Shown here: one piece after another, positions 60,608-64,000 of the stretch
How positions within the stretch are numbered: the first letter of the stretch is position 1
Layout of the letters: the number at the start of each line of letters is the position of its first letter
Notes under the pieces: model-generated
Told to the model about the DNA's origin: nothing
Databases searched by the model: none
What the model saw: only the letters and a program-made list of their open reading frames with translations
DNA from: a virus
Direction: 5' to 3' (one strand)
Length of the DNA: 64,000 nt
IMG/VR virus record: IMGVR_UViG_3300024261_001362
Span: 1-64,000 of that record
Program-made: the position numbers and the translations under genes

Positions 60608-60617
60608 TATTATACAC
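60608..60617 (-). promoter_or_regulatory. Putative phage (late) promoter GTGTATAATA for the HNH gene
   Basis: Reverse complement of tattatacac, intergenic, ~36 nt upstream of the HNH start. Confidence 0.5.
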
Positions 60618-60639
60618 AATTTGACTTTAAAACTCGCTG

Positions 60640-62283
60640 TTATGCACTGGCTCCAATTAATTCTTTGATTTTCATAAGTTTGTCCAAGAGATTAATCCCA
60701 AGAACGTCAAATTTAACATGTCCTAGTGCTTCAAGATCAGCCATTTCAAGACCAGCAATCTTTTCATCACTGCTTTTTTGATTAACCATAGGACACACGA
60801 GGTTTAATTCTTCTTTTGATATTACAACCCCAGCAGCATGTTTGCCCTGAGTCTTAAACGTACCTTCCATATCGATAGCTTGTTGAAAGTACTCAGCATA
60901 ATCACCCTGTAATTTACCAGCATCATTAATAAAACAATAATCTCTAAGTTCATTAGAGTTATTAATCAGCGACCATTTAATAATAGACCTATCCTCATCA
61001 TCCATAGCAGCCAGTTGGTCTGAGATATCCGCTTCATTTGGAATACTTTTAGTCATTTCATTCATTAAACCAAAACCGCAAACACCACTAACTCTTAATA
61101 CTTCTTTTAGTGCAGAGCGACCTTGTAATCTACCAAATGTCAACATCTGACTTACATTACCGTGACCATATGTCTCCTTTAGGTAATCGATAATATCATC
61201 CCTTTTGTTTCCGGGAACATCCATATCAATATCTGGTAAAGAAATGTGATCACCAGTATTTCTACCACTGTTGTAGAATCTCTCAAACAGTAAATCAAAT
61301 TCAATTGGATCAATCTTTGTTATACCAATCATGTACGAGATAAGACATCCAGCAGCAGAACCTCGACCCGGACCTGAGATCCAACCATTACTCTCTACAA
61401 AATGTACAATATCCCTAACAATTAAGAAATAACCAAATAGTTTTGCCTCTTCAATAACACTAAATTCATGTAGGAATCGTTGATGATACTTATCCTTACT
61501 TGCTTGATCTTGTACTTTGTTTTGTTTAGCAAGTAGTGTTCGCCAACCATCACGACAAAGCTGCTTCAGGTACTCTTCTTCAGACTCACCACTTGGAGTT
61601 GGAAATGTCGGTAGCATTGGCTTATTAAGAATATCATACTCTTCACATTTATTAGAGATGTCATGTACAACATTTGCATTTTCAGCATCATTCATCAGAA
61701 TTTCAGAAAGTTCCTTAGTATCCCTCAAATAGAAATCATCACATTCAAAAAATTCTTGATTGTCAAAAAGTTCATCAGATCTTAACATCTCCCTTATTTT
61801 GGGCATAGTAGTCTTCATGCCTGAACATAAGATAATTCTATGTAGTTCAGCGTGTTCTTTATTGGTGTAATATGTTGGCCGTAAACATTCTGACACCATA
61901 TAAAAATCATCACCCTGAATAGGTGAATTTGCTAAATTACTCGAAGTACAAACAAGGTTACCAGCTCTACATGCATCTTGAAGAATTCTTCCATCTGGAT
62001 TACCATCCTCAGTGATCGAAGAAACAATCTTAATGAGATCAAACCAGCCATCTTTATTTTTAGCAAACAATTCATAATTATCAAATGCACATCCAATGAT
62101 AGGTTTTACATCATACTTGTGACAAGCCTGAAAGAAGGTGACTGCACCAGAGATGGATTTGTAATCACAAATACCACAGGCTTTATATCCATTCTCAGAA
62201 CACTTCTTAACTAATTCATCTGGTTTGGAGAATCCTTTTAATAGTGAGTAATGAGTAAAATTTCTAAGTGGGAACCAATTCAT
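60640..62283 (-). CDS. dnaE: DNA polymerase III alpha, N-terminal half (degenerate PHP + catalytic palm/thumb)
   Basis: THYSLL.G, GPGRGSAAG, LLFERF, PDIDMD, GKHAAGVVI, VKFDVLG, then stop. Confidence 0.92.
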   Translation of the reverse strand: MNWFPLRNFTHYSLLKGFSKPDELVKKCSENGYKACGICDYKSISGAVTFFQACHKYDVKPIIGCAFDNYELFAKNKDGWFDLIKIVSSITEDGNPDGRILQDACRAGNLVCTSSNLANSPIQGDDFYMVSECLRPTYYTNKEHAELHRIILCSGMKTTMPKIREMLRSDELFDNQEFFECDDFYLRDTKELSEILMNDAENANVVHDISNKCEEYDILNKPMLPTFPTPSGESEEEYLKQLCRDGWRTLLAKQNKVQDQASKDKYHQRFLHEFSVIEEAKLFGYFLIVRDIVHFVESNGWISGPGRGSAAGCLISYMIGITKIDPIEFDLLFERFYNSGRNTGDHISLPDIDMDVPGNKRDDIIDYLKETYGHGNVSQMLTFGRLQGRSALKEVLRVSGVCGFGLMNEMTKSIPNEADISDQLAAMDDEDRSIIKWSLINNSNELRDYCFINDAGKLQGDYAEYFQQAIDMEGTFKTQGKHAAGVVISKEELNLVCPMVNQKSSDEKIAGLEMADLEALGHVKFDVLGINLLDKLMKIKELIGASA

Positions 62284-62293
62284 TTCCTATTCC

Positions 62294-63334
62294 TTAACCG
62301 GGAGCTTCGTAATATCCAATTGAAAAACCTTTTCGGGTACAATCCTTAACAGTCTTATCCATTCCATGTGTTTTTAAGTGATCATGTACATACTCACACA
62401 TACTCTTGTCTGAGCCTTCCCATTTGTTTTTACAGAAATGGCATAGACTTTTACATTTGAAATGTTTTCTGTTTACATCTAGTAACTTGGGATTTTGATT
62501 ATTCTTAATCTCTTCAAATCTGTCTTTCAGCATACCCAAAAATCTTGTTTCATCTGATTTATCAAATGCTAAACTAAATGGATATGGATCAATCTTACCA
62601 TCTTTATCCTTACAGAAAAAGATACTCATAATTCTATTTGGAAACTCTGGGTATAATTTAGAGATAGCATAGAAGTATAAAAGTAACTGAGGATCATTTT
62701 GCATCTTCTTATAGTCTTTGACTTCCATAGTAGCCCAGTCAAGTCTGCGACCAGTCTTCCAGTCAATCACTTCTATTGTATCATCACTTACTTTGGTTAC
62801 AAGGTCAATTGTACCTTTTATTGCCAATTGTCCTTCAATCGTGGTGCCATCCGCAGCCTTAATTGAAATTTTAGCCCAATCTTCTTCAATTGGAATATCA
62901 AAATGGGGTTCTGGATGGTGAATATCTCTATTCCTTGGATCAAACTGACCATCATTATGATTCAGCATCAACCACGCTATCTTAGATATTTCTTTTCTAT
63001 CGGCAGGTCGCCACGGGTGAACTGAATCTTTTTTGTATGCTTCAAGACTAAGATCACAAAGATCTTCTACTGTTTCATCTAAGTATAATTTATCTTTATG
63101 GATTTTAATTTTACCTGCAGCATCATCATCAACTAATAAGTACTTCTTTCTAGGATTGTCTTGTTGAAACTTTTTTAGTCCAGCAAGAATTTCCATAACT
63201 TTATGGACCATAGTGCCAAGTTCTGCCTTCTTACCAGAGGTAGACTGGTGACCAAGAACATAAGTCATAAAATACTGCATCTCACAGTATCGCCAATTGT
63301 TATAGCTGGAGCTTCTGAAATAACTTATTAACAT
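62294..63334 (-). CDS. Cas4/RecB-like PD-(D/E)XK exonuclease with Fe-S cysteines
   Basis: SSYNNWRYC, GTMVH, GTIDLV, IDWKTG, QLLLY, CKSLCHFC. Confidence 0.85.
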   Translation of the reverse strand: MLISYFRSSSYNNWRYCEMQYFMTYVLGHQSTSGKKAELGTMVHKVMEILAGLKKFQQDNPRKKYLLVDDDAAGKIKIHKDKLYLDETVEDLCDLSLEAYKKDSVHPWRPADRKEISKIAWLMLNHNDGQFDPRNRDIHHPEPHFDIPIEEDWAKISIKAADGTTIEGQLAIKGTIDLVTKVSDDTIEVIDWKTGRRLDWATMEVKDYKKMQNDPQLLLYFYAISKLYPEFPNRIMSIFFCKDKDGKIDPYPFSLAFDKSDETRFLGMLKDRFEEIKNNQNPKLLDVNRKHFKCKSLCHFCKNKWEGSDKSMCEYVHDHLKTHGMDKTVKDCTRKGFSIGYYEAPG

Positions 63335-64000
63335 AGATTATCCTTATATAGAGCTTCGATGATATTTTGTAATCTCGCAATAGTCTTCCCTTTACCTTGA
63401 TTTTCAATAACATAATCAAAATTTTTCTGTTTGTAGTTTTTCTTATCTAATTGAGTTTCACTCGGATGTTCATCTTTAAATAGATTTCTATTCAATTTAA
63501 TGACAATACCACCGGCATCTTTAATAACATCAACCTCATTTGGAAACCTAACATCAGCTACAATTGCTAATTCAGATTGTTCTTCGGTAATTCTATTAAC
63601 TGTATTTTGACACCAAATTGGTTCCCAAATCTTTCTCATGATATCAGTGCCGAAGTGTTGCATGAATTCACGTGCGGTCATTGGGCCGTCATCTTTTAGT
63701 TGAAGATTATATCTTTCTGGGTACTGAGTGTATCCGCTAACTACACAGTCCTGCCTTATTGACCAGTCTATTGGAGCCATTACTCCTGGCATATTTTCCC
63801 ACCTCAAATGTTCGACAGGTTGATCTTTCTGTTCATTAGTTCCGAATACATTCTCAGGCGGGATCTCGAAAAGATCGATACATATCGTCTTCAAAGAGTC
63901 AGCGAAGCTGTATAGCTTAACGTATGGATACATAGCTCTTTCTGCATAGCTAATAAATTCATTGTCTTTTCTAGTTATATCAAATTCAGCCCATTCTAAA
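63328..64000 (-). CDS. Deoxynucleoside monophosphate kinase (5' end outside the window)
   Basis: SFADSLK, REFMQHFGTD..R, IVADVRFPNE, HPSE; frame stays open to the right edge. Confidence 0.85.
   Translation of the reverse strand, partial: LEWAEFDITRKDNEFISYAERAMYPYVKLYSFADSLKTICIDLFEIPPENVFGTNEQKDQPVEHLRWENMPGVMAPIDWSIRQDCVVSGYTQYPERYNLQLKDDGPMTAREFMQHFGTDIMRKIWEPIWCQNTVNRITEEQSELAIVADVRFPNEVDVIKDAGGIVIKLNRNLFKDEHPSETQLDKKNYKQKNFDYVIENQGKGKTIARLQNIIEALYKDNLC

Noticed and set aside
59295-60639. Group I intron or split intein joining the dnaE halves
   Set aside because: The interval is almost fully occupied by two ORFs, one a complete exonuclease. Both halves have their own stop/start and RBS, and there are no Cys/Ser...His-Asn intein motifs.
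594-62921. Many 60-150 aa antisense or alternate-frame ORFs in the track
   Set aside because: They are nested in long, motif-bearing genes and look like codon-bias shadows.
62294-63334. CRISPR-Cas system suggested by the Cas4-like gene
   Set aside because: No repeat-spacer array or other cas genes; solo Cas4-like exonucleases are common in phage replication modules.
1-64000. Stop-codon reassignment
   Set aside because: The standard code gives near-complete coding density including a 5183-aa ORF, and TAA, TAG and TGA all end genes.
1-64000. tRNA, rRNA or large ncRNA genes
   Set aside because: Intergenic gaps are all under ~80 nt and none shows a cloverleaf; no covariance search was run.

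Overview
AT-rich (roughly one-third GC), gene-dense segment of a large tailed dsDNA bacteriophage genome using the standard genetic code. It has two convergent blocks that meet at a bidirectional terminator (~30.53 kb). The + strand block (1-30487) is a virion/tail module: the C-terminal part of a tape-measure protein, a 5183-aa modular adhesin-like protein (Calx-beta, RCC1-like repeats, cadherin-like Ig repeats, LamG-like domain, an interrupted 7-blade FG-GAP propeller) and further structural proteins. The - strand block (30563-64000) is a replication/recombination module: dNMP kinase, Cas4-like exonuclease, DNA polymerase III alpha split into two intein-less genes with an HNH endonuclease and a DnaQ-like exonuclease between them, SSB, a Vsr-like endonuclease and an SSAP-like protein. 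A ~25-kb, 31-gene glycosylation island sits inside this module, with about 17 glycosyltransferase-like genes, 5 methyltransferase-like genes, GDP-fucose synthase and an unusual nucleotide-sugar cassette containing a GatZ-like TIM barrel and an SdhL-type shikimate dehydrogenase. The most interesting signal is that the phage-core virion proteins are strongly enriched in Ser-Gly dipeptides while the glycosylation machinery appears entirely soluble. Together these suggest a phage-encoded, proteoglycan-like virion O-glycosylation system (hypothesis). All family assignments come from motif recognition by eye; no database searches were run.
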